Source: an uncultured Gemmatimonadaceae bacterium
GTDB taxonomy: Bacteria > Gemmatimonadota > Gemmatimonadetes > Gemmatimonadales > Gemmatimonadaceae
Direction: 5' to 3'
Assembly (NCBI GenBank): GCA_963761305.1
Contig: CAVXGK010000001.1
Coordinates: 768,001-832,000, forward strand
Length of the DNA: 64,000 nucleotides
A program made the translations under genes and the position numbers. Below the pieces are notes generated by a model. It searched no databases, was not told the origin of the DNA, and saw only the letters and a program-made list of their open reading frames with translations. Numbering within the stretch: the stretch's first letter is position 1; each line of letters starts with the position of its first letter. This document shows, piece by piece, positions 39,771-50,002 of this stretch.

Positions 39771-40349
39771 TCAACTCACCAACTCCTGCGCGAGCTCGGC
39801 GGCGAGCCAGGCGCGAGCGAACCGGAGCTCGCGGGTGACGGTCGCCACCGAAATGCCGACGGCCTCCGCCGTCTCTTCCGTCGAGAGCCCTCCGAAGAAG
39901 CGCTGCTCGAGGATCGCGCTCTGGCGAGCGTCCACCACCTCGAGGCGTTGGAGCACGTCGTCCAGCTCGGCGATCATGTCGATCTGCGCATCTGAGATCT
40001 CGAATGCGTTTGCCAGATCCAGCGATCCGACCGCGCCGCCGCCGCGTCGGGCGGCCCGGCGCGCGCGGACGTGGTCGGTCAGCAGCCGCCGCATCACGCG
40101 CGACGCGATGGCGAGGAAATGGGCGCGGTCACGGAAACGCGCGCCGCGCAGGTCCACGAGCTCGACATACGCGTCGCGGACGAGCGTCGCCGTGTTGAGC
40201 GACGCGCTCGCGTGGTCGTAGCGAAGCCGCTCGCGGGCGATGCGCCGCAAGGACTCGTGAAGCAGGTGGGTGAGATCGTCAAGCGCCTGGCGGTCGCCGT
40301 CAGTCCAGCGGCGGAGCAGGCGCGTGACGTCGGAGGGAGTCGTCCGCAT
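39771..40349 (-). CDS. ECF sigma factor, kinase-associated type (TIGR02999/ECF43-like)
   Basis: DVTRLL..W..GD, DRAHFLAIASRVMRR, RFFGGLS and ARAWL motifs; lies directly upstream of the kinase. Confidence 0.9.
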   Translation of the reverse strand: MRTTPSDVTRLLRRWTDGDRQALDDLTHLLHESLRRIARERLRYDHASASLNTATLVRDAYVELVDLRGARFRDRAHFLAIASRVMRRLLTDHVRARRAARRGGGAVGSLDLANAFEISDAQIDMIAELDDVLQRLEVVDARQSAILEQRFFGGLSTEETAEAVGISVATVTRELRFARAWLAAELAQELVS

Positions 40350-40614
40350 CGTGCGCGAGGGTAGGACCCGCGGCTACAGGTACCGGCCGCGGCCGGACTA
40401 TTATGGCGGTCGATTCATGAGATCGCTAGTCAGGATCGTCCGTTCCCCAACTAACCCGCCGTCTTTGCGAGCCGTCTCGCCTCGCCGCTGCGCCGAAGAG
40501 GCGGGCCCGCCGTGCTGCTCGCGCCCCGCGGCCCCAACCCTTGAACTGGAAATCTGATGTTGAAGTTGACTAGACTCGCCCGCCGGCCAGCCACAGCGTC
40601 GGTCCCCAACGCAA

Positions 40615-40651
40615 CAGCGCCTCCTGAGGCCAATGGCCTCAGGAGGCGCTG
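40615..40651 (-). terminator. Perfect 17-bp hairpin downstream of pilC, probable terminator
   Basis: cagcgcctcctgaggcc-aat-ggcctcaggaggcgctg; the U-tract is weak. Confidence 0.6.
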
Positions 40652-40678
40652 CAACCATGATGCTGGCGTGCGGCTCCG

Positions 40679-41878
40679 CTACCCGCCCACGGCGTTCACC
40701 ATGTCGAAGATCGGCAGGTACATCGCGACGACCATGCCGCCGACCACGACGCCGAGGAACACGATCATCACCGGCTCCATCAACGCGAGCAGGCCGGACA
40801 CCGCGGCGTCCACTTCTTCATCGTAGAAGTCGGCGATCTTCGTCAACATCTCGTCCAGACCGCCCGTCTGCTCGCCGACGGCGATCATCGAGATCACCAT
40901 CGCCGGAAAGACCGCGGATTTCTTGAGCGGCGCGGCGATCGTGTCACCGCCGGCGATCGACGCGCGCGACTCCATGATCGCGTCCTGGATGACGCGGTTG
41001 CCCGACGTCTTGGCCGTGATCTCGAGGCCGTCGAGAATCGACACGCCCGACGAGATCAGCGTGCCGAGCGTGCGCGTGAAGCGCGACACGGCCGACTTGC
41101 GGAGCACGTCGCCCAACACGGGCAGCTTGAGCATCAACCGGTCGATGTTCAGCTTGCCGCCTGGCGTCCGGTAGTAGCGTTTAATCGAGACCACGATCCC
41201 GATGATACCGGCAAGGACCATGTACCAATAGGTCTTCAATCCGTGTGACATGCCGATGACGATTCGCGTCGGCAGCGGCAGGGCGATGTTGGCGCTGGCG
41301 AACATGCTCTGGAACGTCGGGATGACGAAGATGAGCAGCACGGTGATGGCGATCGCCGCCACCGTCATGATCACGCCCGGGTAGATCATGGCGCCCTTCA
41401 CCTTGCGGATGAGGGCGTCGTTCTTTTCCATGAACACCGCGAGGCGCATCAGGATCGTGTCGAGAATACCGCCCGCCTCGCCGGCCGCGACCATGTTCAC
41501 ATAGAGTTCGCTGAACGCTTTCGGATGCTTGCGCATCGCGTCGGCGAGCGTGTTGCCCGACTCGACGTCGAACACGACCTGCCGCGTGACGTCCTTGAGC
41601 GCGGGGTTCTCGCTCTGCTGCGCCAGAATGTCCAGCGCCTGCACGAGCGGGAGACCCGCGTTGATCATCGTCGAGAACTGGCGCGTGAAGATGACGACGT
41701 CGCGCATCTTGATCGAGCCGCCGCGTTTCTTTCGATTCGCGGTCCCTTCGTCGATCTTGACGACGTTCAGCTTCAACTGGCGAAGCTGTTTGATGACGTC
41801 GTCGCGCGACGGCGCATCGATCGTCGCCGATTTCAGCTCGCCGTTGACGGCGCGCGCGGTGTACGTGAATTGAGGCAT
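40679..41878 (-). CDS. pilC: Type IV pilus inner-membrane platform protein PilC
   Basis: FTRQFSTMINAGLPL, AGEAGG, AMIYP, GEQTG and AMYLPIF motifs. Confidence 0.95.
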   Translation of the reverse strand: MPQFTYTARAVNGELKSATIDAPSRDDVIKQLRQLKLNVVKIDEGTANRKKRGGSIKMRDVVIFTRQFSTMINAGLPLVQALDILAQQSENPALKDVTRQVVFDVESGNTLADAMRKHPKAFSELYVNMVAAGEAGGILDTILMRLAVFMEKNDALIRKVKGAMIYPGVIMTVAAIAITVLLIFVIPTFQSMFASANIALPLPTRIVIGMSHGLKTYWYMVLAGIIGIVVSIKRYYRTPGGKLNIDRLMLKLPVLGDVLRKSAVSRFTRTLGTLISSGVSILDGLEITAKTSGNRVIQDAIMESRASIAGGDTIAAPLKKSAVFPAMVISMIAVGEQTGGLDEMLTKIADFYDEEVDAAVSGLLALMEPVMIVFLGVVVGGMVVAMYLPIFDMVNAVGG

Positions 41879-41982
41879 CTGATTCCTCGAATGGCTACTC
41901 GAATTCCCTGTCTCAAGACGACCGGGGCGGCCCGAAGAGTACGGGTCGCCCGGTGAGCCACATCACCAAACCCCCGCGCGCG

Positions 41983-43155
41983 TTACCGCCGTCCCGCCGC
42001 GGCCGTGGCCGTCGCCTGCGGCTTGCCCGGCGTCTCACCGTCCGGCGAGATGCCGATCATCCGCTGGAGCTCCGATTGGTCGTGGCTCGCGCGCAGCACC
42101 TCGTCCAACGACACCGTCTTGCTCATATAGAGGTTGTACAGGCCGTCGTTCATCGTCTGCATGCCGTACTTCTTGCCCGACTGCATCATCGAGTAGATCT
42201 GGTGGATCTTGTCGTCGCGGATGAGCGCGCGGATCGCCGGCGTGACGACGAGAATCTCCGCCGCCATCGCGCGCCCCTTGCCGCCCACCTTCGGCAGCAG
42301 CGTTTGCGTGACGATGCCCTCGAGCGAGAACGCGAGCTGGGCGCGCACCTGCGCCTGCTGGTGGCTCGGAAAGACGTCGATGATGCGGTTGATCGCCTCG
42401 GCCGCGCTGTTCGTGTGCAGCGTCGCGAACGCCAGGTGGCCCGTCTCGGCGATCGTCAGGCCGGCCTGAATCGTTTCAAGATCTCTCATTTCGCCGATCA
42501 GCACGACATCGGGGTCCTGCCGGAGCGCGTACTTGAGCGCCCCCCCGAAGCTCTTGGTGTCCGAGCCGACTTCGCGCTGGTTGACGATGCAGCCCTGGTG
42601 CTTGTGGATGAATTCGATCGGGTCTTCGATGGTGATGATGTGACCCTTGAATTCCTTGTTGATCTTGTCGATCATCGCGGCGAGCGTCGTCGACTTGCCC
42701 GAGCCCGTGGGCCCGGTGACGAGGATCAAGCCGCGCGGCCGGTCCGACAGATCGGCGATGACCTTCGGAAGACCGAGATCCTGGAAGGTCCGGATGTTGA
42801 ACGGGATCTGACGGATGACCATCGACACGCAACCGCGCTGCTTGAAGCAGTTGCCGCGGAAGCGCGCCAGGTTCTGAATGCCGAACGAAAAATCCAGCTC
42901 GTCCTCCATCTCGAACCGCTTTTTCTGGTTCTCGGTGAGGACGGAATAGGCGATCTGCAGCGTGTCCTTCGGCTGCATGACCGTCTCGATGGCCGAGTTG
43001 GTGATGTCGCCGTCGACACGCAGCTTCGGCCGCTCGCCGGCCGTGATGTGCAGGTCGGACGCGTTCCGATCGATCATCTCCTCCAGCAGCACACGGAGGT
43101 TCACACCCGAAGGCGTGCTGGACGAAGACGCTGGGGTCGGCGCGGAGGGGCTCAT
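41983..43155 (-). CDS. pilT: Type IV pilus retraction ATPase PilT
   Basis: ASDLH, GPTGSGKSTT, TIEDPIE, LRQDPD, AETGH and AIRALIR motifs. Confidence 0.95.
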   Translation of the reverse strand: MSPSAPTPASSSSTPSGVNLRVLLEEMIDRNASDLHITAGERPKLRVDGDITNSAIETVMQPKDTLQIAYSVLTENQKKRFEMEDELDFSFGIQNLARFRGNCFKQRGCVSMVIRQIPFNIRTFQDLGLPKVIADLSDRPRGLILVTGPTGSGKSTTLAAMIDKINKEFKGHIITIEDPIEFIHKHQGCIVNQREVGSDTKSFGGALKYALRQDPDVVLIGEMRDLETIQAGLTIAETGHLAFATLHTNSAAEAINRIIDVFPSHQQAQVRAQLAFSLEGIVTQTLLPKVGGKGRAMAAEILVVTPAIRALIRDDKIHQIYSMMQSGKKYGMQTMNDGLYNLYMSKTVSLDEVLRASHDQSELQRMIGISPDGETPGKPQATATAAAGRR

Positions 43156-43467
43156 CGGGAGGTCAGGGTGTAACTATTTGATTCGCTGCGTGAGCGGAGC
43201 CCGTCCCGAGGCGGAACCGTGCGGTTCCAGGGTTGCGGTTTCCATCCTACTAAGACGACGAACGGACGTGCGGGGTCATGCCGCCCTCTCGTACCCGGCG
43301 CCGCCTCGACGCCGGGTACGCGGCGCCGAGATCGGCGCCAGGAGCCTTCGCATACAAGTTTCGGCTTCGGGCGCGAGAAGTGTAGGCGAATCTTTGCCGG
43401 CACCATCACGAGACCGCCAGCGAGACATGAGAACTTTGTCATTGCGGCGGCCGACGAAACGGCGCCG

Positions 43468-45303
43468 CTAGCCCGCCGAGGTCTCGCGAATCATCTGCTC
43501 GGTCGTGGTGAGGCCCTTCATCACCTTGAGCCACGCGTCCATGCGCAACGTGAGCATTCCCTCCTCGACCGCCGCGTCACGAATCTCCGCCGCGCCCACG
43601 TTCTGCATGACGAGCTTCCGCAAGTGCTGCGTCATGACCATGACCTCGTAGACGCCCTGCCGCCCTTTGAGTCCCGTCCCGGCGCACGTGTCGCAACCGG
43701 CGCCCTTGAAGAAGCCCAGCTCCCCGAACGTCGTGTCGAGGCTCAGGTTGGCGAGGAACGGCACGGCCTCTTTGGTCGCCTTCGCCTTCGCGTTCGTCAG
43801 CGCCGCTTCGGTGAACCGGAGCTCTCGCATCGTCGACGTCGGCTTGACCTTGAGCGCCGCCCACTCCTCGGCGCTCGGCTGATACAGCGTGCGGCAGTTG
43901 TTGCAGATGCGGCGCACCAGTCGCTGGGCGAGCACGAGGTTGACCGCGGACGCCACGTTGAACGGCTCGAGCCCCATGTCGAGAAGACGCGTGACCGTTT
44001 CCGGCGCCGAGTTCGTGTGCAGCGTCGAAAGCACCATGTGGCCGGTGAGTGCCGCCTTGATCGCGATGCCGCCTGTTTCGAGATCTCGAATCTCGCCGAC
44101 CATGATGATGTTCGGGTCCTGTCGCAGGAACGCCTTGAGCGCCGCGGCGAACGTCATGCCGATGTCGGTGCGCACCAACACCTGGTTGATGCCGAACAGG
44201 TTGTACTCGACCGGGTCCTCGGCCGTCATGATGTTGACGTCCATCTGATTGACCTTGGACAGCGCCGAGTAGAGCGTCGTCGTCTTGCCCGATCCCGTCG
44301 GGCCGGTGACGAGCACCATCCCGTACGGATTCGACACCGCCTCCATGAGATCGCGCTCGGCGAGCGTCTCCAGGCCGAACGTCGAGAGGTCGAACGTCAG
44401 GTTGCCCTTGTCGAGAATTCGGAGCACGACCTTTTCGCCGAACAGGGTCGGGAGCGTCGACACGCGGAAGTCGATCACGCGGTTGCCCATCTTCAGCTTG
44501 ATGCGCCCGTCCTGCGGCACGCGACGCTCGGCGATGTTCAGCATCGCCATGATCTTGAAGCGCGAGATGAGCGCCGCCTTGAGCTTCATCGGCGGCTTCA
44601 TGACTTCCTGGAGCGCGCCGTCGACGCGATACCGGACGCGGATCTCGTGCTCGAAGCACTCGAAGTGGATGTCCGACGCCCCGCGCTTCACGGCGTCGGT
44701 GAGGATCGCGTTGATCAGCTTCACGACCGGCGCGTCTTCCATCTGCGCCTGGAGCGCCGCCTGCGAGACCTCGTCTTCGGTGTCCTCGACGACCTCCACG
44801 TCGCCGGCGCTTTCCAGCTCGGTGATCGTGTCCATCAGCGACGCCATCTGCTGCTCGTCCGTCGAGCCGAACACCTTCTCGATCATCGTCACCAGCGTGT
44901 ACTCGCCGGCCACCACGGGGACGATGTCGCACCGCGTGATGAATTTCAAATCCTCGAGCACGCCGAGGTTCGACGGATCGGCGATGGCGACGGTCAGCGT
45001 GCGACCCTCGCGCTTGAGCGGCAGGATGAGGTTCTTCTGCGCGAGCTCGGTCGACACCATCTTCGCGATCTTCGGGTCGACCTCGAACCGCGAGAGATCC
45101 ACGGCCGGCATCCGGTGCTGCTTCGCCAGGACCTTGGTGAGATCGAGCTCGGGCACCATGCCCATCTTCACCAGCGTGTAGCCGAGCCGGTGCCCGTTCT
45201 GCTTCTGTTCGGCCAGGGCCTTCGACAGCTGCTCGCGTGTGATCACACCCTCGCGAACGAGCAAGTCACCGAGGCGGTCTGCTGTAAGGTGCGGTGCGGC
45301 CAT
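43468..45303 (-). CDS. pilB: Type IV pilus assembly ATPase PilB
   Basis: N-terminal RLGDLLV (MshEN-like), PQDGR, GPTGSGKTTT, EDPVE, LRQDP, and two CxxC zinc motifs. Confidence 0.95.
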   Translation of the reverse strand: MAAPHLTADRLGDLLVREGVITREQLSKALAEQKQNGHRLGYTLVKMGMVPELDLTKVLAKQHRMPAVDLSRFEVDPKIAKMVSTELAQKNLILPLKREGRTLTVAIADPSNLGVLEDLKFITRCDIVPVVAGEYTLVTMIEKVFGSTDEQQMASLMDTITELESAGDVEVVEDTEDEVSQAALQAQMEDAPVVKLINAILTDAVKRGASDIHFECFEHEIRVRYRVDGALQEVMKPPMKLKAALISRFKIMAMLNIAERRVPQDGRIKLKMGNRVIDFRVSTLPTLFGEKVVLRILDKGNLTFDLSTFGLETLAERDLMEAVSNPYGMVLVTGPTGSGKTTTLYSALSKVNQMDVNIMTAEDPVEYNLFGINQVLVRTDIGMTFAAALKAFLRQDPNIIMVGEIRDLETGGIAIKAALTGHMVLSTLHTNSAPETVTRLLDMGLEPFNVASAVNLVLAQRLVRRICNNCRTLYQPSAEEWAALKVKPTSTMRELRFTEAALTNAKAKATKEAVPFLANLSLDTTFGELGFFKGAGCDTCAGTGLKGRQGVYEVMVMTQHLRKLVMQNVGAAEIRDAAVEEGMLTLRMDAWLKVMKGLTTTEQMIRETSAG

Positions 45304-45440
45304 TGTGATCCGGAGGTAGAATGCGCCTCCAAAGTTTCGGCACGTGGGGCCGAAATCATGAAGGCGCGCTGTGGGAAGCGCGCCTCGCCGACCTGTTTCG
45401 AAAAGACGATTTGCACGCGGGCCACGGCACGGGCCAACGC

Positions 45441-46481
45441 TCAGTCGCCGCTCACGCCTTCCCAAAGACCCTGGAGATACATCGCGCCGAGCGCACGGTC
45501 GTACAGACCGTATCCGGGACGACCCGTCTCTCCCCAAATCATCCGGCCGTGATCGGGCCGCATCGGTCCCGTGTAGCCGACGTCTCTCAGTGCACGCATG
45601 ACGTCCAGCATGTCGATGCTGCCGAACGCCGAGGGATGCGGGCTCTCGTGAAAACGGTGCTCGCCCGTGCGCTTGACGTTGCGACAGTGCATGAAATGGA
45701 TGCGACCGGCGCGGCCAAGATCGTGAATGATCGCCGGCAGGTCGTTGGTCGGATCGGCGCCGAGGGAGCCAGTGCAGACGGTCACTCCGTTCGCGGGGTC
45801 GGGCACCAGTTTCGTGATTCGCTCGAGGGCGGCGCCGGTCGTGACGATGCGCGGCAGACCGAAAATGCTCCACGGCGGATCGTCGGGGTGAATGGCCAAA
45901 CGCACGCCGACCGACGCAGCCACGGGCACCACGCGCTCGAGGAAAAACGCGAGATTCTCCCAGAGTTGCTCCGTGCTCACGCGGCGATACGCGTCGACGA
46001 GCTCTTGGAGTTCTGCGGCGTCATAGGCGGCGGCCCATCCCGGGAGATGGCGTGTCCCATAAGAAAGGTCGACGCGCGCCAGCTCGTCGTCGTCGAAGGC
46101 CAGCGCGGTCGAGCCGTCGGGAAGGCGCAGGGCCAGGTTGCTGCGCATCCAGTCGAAGACCGGCATGAAGTTGTAGCAGACGACCGGCACGCCGATCGCG
46201 GCGACCTGTCGCAGACTCTCACACCACGCGTCGGTGAGTCGCTCGCGCGTCGGTCGACCGAGCTTGATGTCCTCGTGGACCGGAATGCTCTCGACCACCG
46301 CGAGCGAGAGCCCGGCGGCGCCGACTTGCTCGGCCAGTCGTTCGAGCGAGACATGGGGCCAGGGGTCGCCGACGGGGGTGTCGTACAGAGCGCTCACCAC
46401 GCCGGTCACGCCGGGGATCTGGCGGATGTAAGCCAGGGGTGTCGGGTCGGTAGGGCCGAACCAGCGGAAGGTCATCTTCAC
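45441..46481 (-). CDS. uxuA: Mannonate dehydratase
   Basis: MKMTFRWFG, VVESIPVHEDIK, CYNFMPVFDW, HPDDPP, RPDHG and PGYGLYDR motifs. Confidence 0.95.
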   Translation of the reverse strand: MKMTFRWFGPTDPTPLAYIRQIPGVTGVVSALYDTPVGDPWPHVSLERLAEQVGAAGLSLAVVESIPVHEDIKLGRPTRERLTDAWCESLRQVAAIGVPVVCYNFMPVFDWMRSNLALRLPDGSTALAFDDDELARVDLSYGTRHLPGWAAAYDAAELQELVDAYRRVSTEQLWENLAFFLERVVPVAASVGVRLAIHPDDPPWSIFGLPRIVTTGAALERITKLVPDPANGVTVCTGSLGADPTNDLPAIIHDLGRAGRIHFMHCRNVKRTGEHRFHESPHPSAFGSIDMLDVMRALRDVGYTGPMRPDHGRMIWGETGRPGYGLYDRALGAMYLQGLWEGVSGD

Positions 46482-46532
46482 GCGAGGCCTCTGGCGCGAG
46501 TGGGCACGAGTGCACAGGTTAAGGACTGCGAA

Positions 46533-46549
46533 TGTTCGTTGCCCGAACA
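46533..46549. promoter_or_regulatory. Putative operator TGTTC-N7-GAACA (site 1, near the uxuA start)
   Basis: TGTTC gttgccc GAACA; the same motif recurs at 46723. Confidence 0.5.
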
Positions 46550-46722
46550 AAATCGCCAACGTGACGCGGGCAGTGCGCGAATGTGACGAATCGTAGCGCT
46601 GGTCACGTTGATAGGAGAGTGTTCTTCCGTGTTTTTTCGCTGGGCAGTCGGTGGTGGCGGGTGCAGGACGTCCGGTCGTCAGTGCCCATCGCGAGCTTCG
46701 GCTCGCGTCTCTTGGCCTCTTT

Positions 46723-46739
46723 TGTTCGTATAAAGAACA
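46723..46739. promoter_or_regulatory. Putative operator TGTTC-N7-GAACA (site 2, near the susC start)
   Basis: cttttgttc gtataaa gaacaaaag, a 9-bp perfect inverted repeat 36 bp upstream of the ATG. Confidence 0.55.
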
Positions 46740-46775
46740 AAAGCCCGTTCGACCCCTTCCGAAGGAGAACGCCGC

Positions 46776-49700
46776 ATGCTCTCGACGCGAGTGCTCGCCC
46801 GTCTCGCACTCCTCCCCGCCCTCGTCGCGGCCGCCGCCACGGCAGCGGCACAAGGCTCGGGCGGCCGCATCACCGGTCTGATCACCGACCGCACGGCGGG
46901 CGCGCCGATCTCGAACGTCTCGGTCACCATCGTCGGCACCGAGCTCGGCGCCCGCACCGGCGCCGATGGCAAGTACACGATCAACGACGTTCCCCCCGGC
47001 GCCAAGCGAGTCCGCGCGGCGCGCATCGGCTACGCACCCATCGAGCAGCCGATCACCGTTGCCGCCGGCCAGACGGCGACGCTCAACCTCGCGCTCTCCG
47101 CGGCGTCAGTCACGCTCGACCAGATGGTCGTCGTCGGCTATGGCGCGCAGCGGCGGTCCGACCTCACCGGGTCGGTCGCCTCGGTGACGCCGAACGTCTC
47201 GCAGACGCCGACGCTCTCGCTCGAGCAAGCGCTCCAAGGGGCGGCGCCTGGCGTGATGGTGACGCAGGCGTCGTCGGCGCCCGGCGGCGCCCTGTCGGTT
47301 CGCATCCGCGGCGGCTCGTCGGTCACCGGCAACAACGAGCCGCTCTACGTCATCGACGGGTTCCCGATCGAGAACAATCCCGACGCGCAGAATCCGAGCG
47401 ACGGCGGCCGAGACGCGACGACGACGGTGCCCTCCGATCCGCTGGCGGCGCTCAATCCCGCCGACATCGAATCGATCGAGATCCTGAAGGACGCATCGGC
47501 GACGTCGATCTACGGCGCGCGCGGCGCGAACGGGGTCATCATCATCACCACGAAACACGGCCAGACGGCGCGCCCACTGTTCACGCTCGACACGTACAGC
47601 GGCAACCAGACCGTGGCCCATCGTTATAACCTGCTCGATGCGTCGGACTTTGCGAAGTTCGTGAATGACTGGTCGGTGAACAACGGCACGGGCGTCGTCT
47701 TCGCCGACCCGGACACGCTTCCCAACACTGACTGGCAGTCGTTGATCTTCCGGTCCGCTCCGGTAACCAACCTGCAACTCGGTCTCTCCGGCGGCGGCGC
47801 GGGCGAGAACGCGACGCACTACGCGCTCTCGGGCGGCGTCTTCCAACAGCAGGGCGTCGTCATCAACTCGGCGTTCAAGCGCGTCTCGCTGCGCGGTAAT
47901 CTCGACCAGAACATCGGCAGCCGCGCTCGGGTCGCCAGCACGGTCATGGTCGCCCGCGTGAACACGAACTCCGTGCCGACCGACGGTTCGCTCAACGCCG
48001 GCGCCGGCGCCGTTGGCGCGGCGATCGACTACTACCCGATCCTCCCCGTGCGCCAGCCCAACGGCGCGTACACGCTGATGGGTCAGAACAACCCGGCGTC
48101 GGTGCTGACGCCGACGAACATCCCGAACCCGGTGTCGATGGCGGCCGACGTGACCGACAAGCTCAACGACACGCGCGTGCTCGCGAACGCCTTCGGAGAA
48201 TTCGATATCGCCAGCGGGCTCAAGTTCCGCACGAGCCTCGGCGGCGATCTCTCGAACCGTTCACGCGACACGTACTACCCGCGCACGACGCTCATGGGGT
48301 CTACGCCGACGAACGGCTACGCGAAGACCGGAAGCACGCAGAATACGAACTTCCTCAATGAAAACACGCTGTCGTACGACCGCTCGTTCGGTACGACGCA
48401 CCAGATCGACGCCGTGGCGGGCTACACGCGGCAGCAGAACGATCTCGTCGTTGGCACGGTCCAAAACAGCAACTTCGTGAGCGACATCGACGTCTTCGAG
48501 AACATGGGTGCCGGCACGCAGACCGGCGGTCCGATCGTGACCTCGGGACACTCGCGGTGGACGCTCGCGTCGTACCTCGGACGTCTCAACTACACGTTGG
48601 CGAATCGCTACCTCTTCACGGTCACGGGCCGTGAAGACGGCTCGTCGCGCTTCGGCGCCGACCACCAGTGGGGCTTCTTCCCGTCGGCGGCGTTCGGGTG
48701 GCGCGTGTCCGACGAGCCGTTCATGCAGAAGTTCTCGTCGATCGAGTTGCTCAAGTTTCGCGCGTCGACCGGCCTGGCCGGCAATCCATCGATTCAGCCG
48801 TACCAGTCGATGGCCCATCTGCTCCCGCAGCAGTACACGTTCGGCGGCAGCGTGGTGCCCGGCTACTACCCGTCGTCGATCGGGAATCCGAATCTCGGCT
48901 GGGAAACGACGCGGCAAAACGACTACGGCGTCGACCTTGGACTGTACGGCGGCCGAGTGAGCTTCACGGGCGACATCTATCAAAAGAAGACGACGGATCT
49001 CCTGCTCGCCGTGAACCTGCCGTTCGAGAGCGGTTTCGGGACGGCGCTGCAGAACCTCGGCGCGGTGAGCAACGACGGTTTCGAGCTGGGTCTCACGCTC
49101 ACCGTGCTCGACGCGCGTCAGCGATCCTTCGGTTGGACGACGACCTTCAACTACTCGCACAACAAGAACCGAGTCCTCGACCTGGGCGGCGTCTCGCAGA
49201 TCTTCGCCAACAGCGTCAACAGCGACCTCAAGCTGCTCGGATCGCTCATTCAGGTCGGCCAGCCGCTCGGCGTCTTCTATGGATACAAGACGAGCGGCAT
49301 CATCCGCGACTCGGCGGCGGCGGCGGCGTACACCGCGAAAGTGAAGCCGCTCAGCGGCACGACCTGGCATCCCGGCGACATCATGATCGTCGACGTTGCC
49401 GGCGTGCCGGTCAACGGGCAAGCAACCGGTCCGGACGGCCAGATCACTCCGGATGATCGCACGATCATCGGCGACCCGAATCCGAAATTCAACGCGGGCT
49501 GGCAAAACCAGTTCACGCTCGGCCGCTTCCGACTCAGCACGCTGATGGACGCGACGTATGGCAACAAGATTCTGAATCTCAACGACGTGCGGCTGGATCA
49601 AGGGAGTCCCGGCACGAACATCATCTCCGACCGCTACTTCGATGCGTGGACGGCGAGCAACACCGGCGCCGATTTCCCGCGCATCAACTTCACGCCGGGC

Positions 49701-49985
49701 ACGATCGGATCGGACATCACGAGCGATCTGCTCGAGGACGGATCGTACCTGCGGCTTCGCAGCGTCACGCTCGACGCGCAGGTGCCGGAGCGCTTGCTGG
49801 CGCGCTACGGCTTGTCGAACACGCGGGTGTACATCACCGGCACGAATCTCGTCACGTGGACGCACTACAGCGGATTCAATCCCGACGTGAGCAGCCTCGG
49901 CATCGGCAACGTGAACCGAGGCGTGGACGTCGGGCAGTATCCGCTCGCGAAGGGCGTCACGATCGGCATCAACATCACTTACTGA
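46776..49985 (+). CDS. SusC/RagA family TonB-dependent receptor
   Basis: Carboxypeptidase-regulatory N-domain; VVVGYG, PLYVIDG, IEILKDASATSIYGARGANGVI, DGSSRF and LGWETT; C-terminal aromatic residue. Confidence 0.95.
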   Translation: MLSTRVLARLALLPALVAAAATAAAQGSGGRITGLITDRTAGAPISNVSVTIVGTELGARTGADGKYTINDVPPGAKRVRAARIGYAPIEQPITVAAGQTATLNLALSAASVTLDQMVVVGYGAQRRSDLTGSVASVTPNVSQTPTLSLEQALQGAAPGVMVTQASSAPGGALSVRIRGGSSVTGNNEPLYVIDGFPIENNPDAQNPSDGGRDATTTVPSDPLAALNPADIESIEILKDASATSIYGARGANGVIIITTKHGQTARPLFTLDTYSGNQTVAHRYNLLDASDFAKFVNDWSVNNGTGVVFADPDTLPNTDWQSLIFRSAPVTNLQLGLSGGGAGENATHYALSGGVFQQQGVVINSAFKRVSLRGNLDQNIGSRARVASTVMVARVNTNSVPTDGSLNAGAGAVGAAIDYYPILPVRQPNGAYTLMGQNNPASVLTPTNIPNPVSMAADVTDKLNDTRVLANAFGEFDIASGLKFRTSLGGDLSNRSRDTYYPRTTLMGSTPTNGYAKTGSTQNTNFLNENTLSYDRSFGTTHQIDAVAGYTRQQNDLVVGTVQNSNFVSDIDVFENMGAGTQTGGPIVTSGHSRWTLASYLGRLNYTLANRYLFTVTGREDGSSRFGADHQWGFFPSAAFGWRVSDEPFMQKFSSIELLKFRASTGLAGNPSIQPYQSMAHLLPQQYTFGGSVVPGYYPSSIGNPNLGWETTRQNDYGVDLGLYGGRVSFTGDIYQKKTTDLLLAVNLPFESGFGTALQNLGAVSNDGFELGLTLTVLDARQRSFGWTTTFNYSHNKNRVLDLGGVSQIFANSVNSDLKLLGSLIQVGQPLGVFYGYKTSGIIRDSAAAAAYTAKVKPLSGTTWHPGDIMIVDVAGVPVNGQATGPDGQITPDDRTIIGDPNPKFNAGWQNQFTLGRFRLSTLMDATYGNKILNLNDVRLDQGSPGTNIISDRYFDAWTASNTGADFPRINFTPGTIGSDITSDLLEDGSYLRLRSVTLDAQVPERLLARYGLSNTRVYITGTNLVTWTHYSGFNPDVSSLGIGNVNRGVDVGQYPLAKGVTIGINITY

Positions 49986-50002
49986 GCGAGGAGACGAGAC
50001 CA

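Noticed and set aside
45304..45440. c-di-GMP riboswitch or sigma54 promoter upstream of pilB
   Set aside because: No matching consensus or correct GG-N10-GC spacing was found by eye.
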